Positions 61,216 through 64,000 of a stretch of 64,000 bases of DNA are shown here, in pieces (positions within the stretch are counted from its first letter, which is position 1; every line of letters begins with the position of its first letter). Source of the DNA: Hydrolagus colliei (lineage: Eukaryota); contig CM068750.1 in NCBI GenBank assembly GCA_035084275.1, positions 10,602,001 to 10,666,000 of the forward strand, written 5' to 3'. The notes under the pieces are model-generated. The model saw only the letters and a list, made by a program, of their open reading frames with translations, made no database searches and was not told where the DNA came from. The position numbers and the translations under genes were made by a program.

Positions 61216-63224
61216 TCGTAAGACACATTGACTGATCCCATCACTCCACAAGACCAGTGAGCCTCAACAGGTTCAGCAGCCATATTAACTGTAAGGCAAT
61301 CCTTACCACAAATCCTTCCATTCTGAACTGATTAGCTGAACCAAAGGAATTTTTAAAGACCAATGCATTTCAAGAATGAACTTCAAGACAAGGGCCTGAC
61401 TTAAGAACTGAAATATTCCCCTATCCTTTATTCCTCCATGGTGAACATAGGAGTCAAAGAAATATGTTTCCATTATTTCCTTTTATGTTAACACACCTTA
61501 AATGAAGATTACAAGAGAGGTTTAGTTGGAAGAAGCTCTTCAGCCCGTCTGATCTCATCCTTCCACAAATAGGAAGTGGAGATAATAATGACAAACACAA
61601 TGCAAAAGAAAGGAACCACAAAAGAAAATGAGAGAGATACAAAGTTAAAAGATTAGATCCCGCTGGACTCAGTCTGGGAAGAATGCAAAATAATTAAGAT
61701 GATTCTGTTTGCAATGTCTGTCAAAATGACAATAACTGGATTATCTGATATAGTAACATGTGAAGTGTTGTACAATAGGTTGATCATAATATTATACAAT
61801 AGGATGCTGTCCTTGTAATATTAGTGAAGCCAGGAAATGTGATGAACATAGATAGATCAGTTAGTGGCTGATAACTAATTGTTTACTGTTAAGATTTTAC
61901 AGAGAAGCAATAAAATATGCAGTGTTTATCCTTGGAAATCAAATTATGAAAGACAACAGCAAAGATGGGGATTAACATTTTATTAGATAAAATGACCCTT
62001 CTGATTACAAATTACATCTTTCATTAACAACCTGCTTTGGGAGAAAGATTTTTCTTCTTTCTTGTGCAATCAGGATATGCTTGTACATTAATTATAAGGA
62101 TAAGATCAGAACTAGTCAACTGGAGCACACAAACTGCTAGGAACCCATCACAGTCAGCACCTGAAAACATCAGATATTTGCATGCTTCAATAGTAATTTT
62201 CAACAGAGTTTAAGAAACTGCAGCACCAAAATGCATCCAAAAATCTTCACTAGCCAGATATAGGAAACAGTGCCATCTGCAAAAGCATACTGGTTTGTCA
62301 TCTGTACTGATAGTGATAGTAATGATGAAGGTCAATAACAAAAAGCCCACTGTGACCAACACTTGGGAAAAAGACAGCAAGTTGATCAACGCTTGAATTA
62401 GTTTTGGTAAAAGGGTTATGAGTTGCGACAATTCTGTTTCTTGCGATTATGAATGCAACATTCAACAGAATTAAGATTGGTTTGACACATACAACTTTTG
62501 TACAAGAGTGCATTAGATAAGAACAAAGGATATTTAAATAATTTTGTTTAACTAAAATTCACCAGATTGGAGATCATATTACTGCATATCCAGAAAAAAA
62601 TCTTTTAAGATTTCTAATCCAAATCCGTCTTTTGGTTGCTAATTAAAACCCCTCTGAGAAGCAATGGCATTGTAGCTTAGTTGATACTAAAAACAAATCA
62701 TTCTTGATCCCACAGAATTCATTTTAAAGCCATACGTTGTACCGTTCCTTAAATAATACAGTGAATTCCAATTCAAAACACAGGTAAGAGTGAGGGAGAA
62801 TGAAGAGTGAAGATTGATAGTACCTTAACTTGGAGTGGCAAAATAAAATATTTTTAGAGATCTAATGAAAATGCTAAGAGTGTATCATGCATTGTTTATT
62901 TTTAAGACACCCTGAGGCTGCAATGTTTAAGTATTTCATAAGCCTCTGGCTGCATTGTAAAATCACTGATCTGCTTTACTAAAAACAGCATTCCTTCATA
63001 TCACTGTCGCTAATTACAGATCTGTAACATTGACTAATATAGTTTCTTCGCCTGCGAAGACAAAGTATTTACATATTTTTGTCATAAATCATACTGCACA
63101 ATCGAGTAAGACTTAGTAGTGTTTACCAGGTTAGAATTTCTATTTGAAGAATTGAAACTGCACATATCAATTCCTAAGAGGATACAAACAGTAAGACACG
63201 GGCATCCTATTGCAATACTGCCAC

Positions 63225-64000
63225 ATAGATCTTTCAGCAAAGTGTGCCGAGCCCTACATGGGTATTTATCCTCATCAATAACCTGTGATCACTAAATGTG
63301 ACATTGTTCTTTTTAAATTGATGACACCACCCTCCACTATGTGGCCAACTTCCCACCGGAAAGACAAGCAGTGGTAGAATCACTGCATGCAACAAGACAG
63401 AATTGGACCTGGGCAGACTAATGGTGCATCCTGAACGCTGGGAAGATGAAGTTAATAACTCTGTCACAGGAGATTGACCATGACATTGCTCGCTAGCCGG
63501 TACTCCAGAAAGATTGCTAGCATTTTTCAATTGCACACATTCAGTTCATTATCAACTGAATCTCACCTGATCTATTCTCAGACAAGCAAGTGGTTATGAT
63601 GCCTGGCAAAGCTAATAGGTCAGTTGTAAACCAGAGGAAAGGTTGAACCTGCTCGTCATTGATGGCAATTTCAGTTTCCTCCATCACTGTAGTCTTCCAG
63701 TCATTTACTGACTTCATGAGACCTGTTTGGCAGATTCCCCACCAAAATTTCACCTCTGGTTCTAACACATACCAAAATCCAAAGCTATGCAAACCAGTTA
63801 GGAATGGGCCATATCCTTCAACGATGGAGGGTTACAATTGTCTGGTGGTGCAACCTTGTGTCCAGCCATTCACAAGAGGGCAAAATCAACAATGCAACAG
63901 TAACCGGTTTTCCACTTATGCCAGCTACACAAGAACACAAGAGAGGTTCATGTGAAGAATGCCCCTCAACCCATCTGTTCTCTTGAGCTGCTTGGAGCTC
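63225..64000 (+). mobile_element. Ancient CR1/L2-group LINE RT remnant (runs off window)
   Basis: Frameshifted plus translation FQQSVPSPTWVFILINNL..IDDTTLHY..ERQAVVESLHA..WTWAD*WCILNAGKMKLITLS..KANRS..FMRPVW mirrors PQGSVLGPxLFxIxINDL..ADDTTLY..WAxxWxxxFNxxKTK..KANRxxG..IRPxLEY. Confidence 0.72.

Overview
AT-rich, CpG-depleted, repeat-dense vertebrate non-coding DNA (large intron or gene desert). I recognise no intact host protein-coding gene, rRNA, true tRNA or CRISPR array, and almost all ORFs in the track are spurious or derive from transposons. The repeat complement includes L2 LINEs with (GTT)n tails, CR1 and RTE LINE relics, tRNA-headed SINEs with Deu-domain bodies and L2-type tails, and AmnSINE2-like and LF-SINE-like relics. 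This points to a cartilaginous fish, most plausibly a chimaera such as the elephant shark (inference). Best-supported structures: (i) a 346-bp hAT-type MITE at 35562-35907 with TIRs, a perfect 8-bp TSD and seven TATCGATA palindromes, nested in a SINE, with an inverted partial relative at 37160-37341; (ii) a young L2 inserted with a 5-bp TSD into a CR1 RT (32499-33005); (iii) isolated perfect hairpins (21-bp stem at 34252-34306, 16-bp stem at 45693-45733); (iv) a CpG-rich cluster of inverted repeats at 22.9-23.4 kb; (v) CNE-like unique blocks, one with Pbx-Hox/Meis motif grammar. Repeat family names come from my recollection of consensus sequences, not a database search, and boundaries of old repeats are approximate. 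I do not see convincing evidence of a new multi-gene system.
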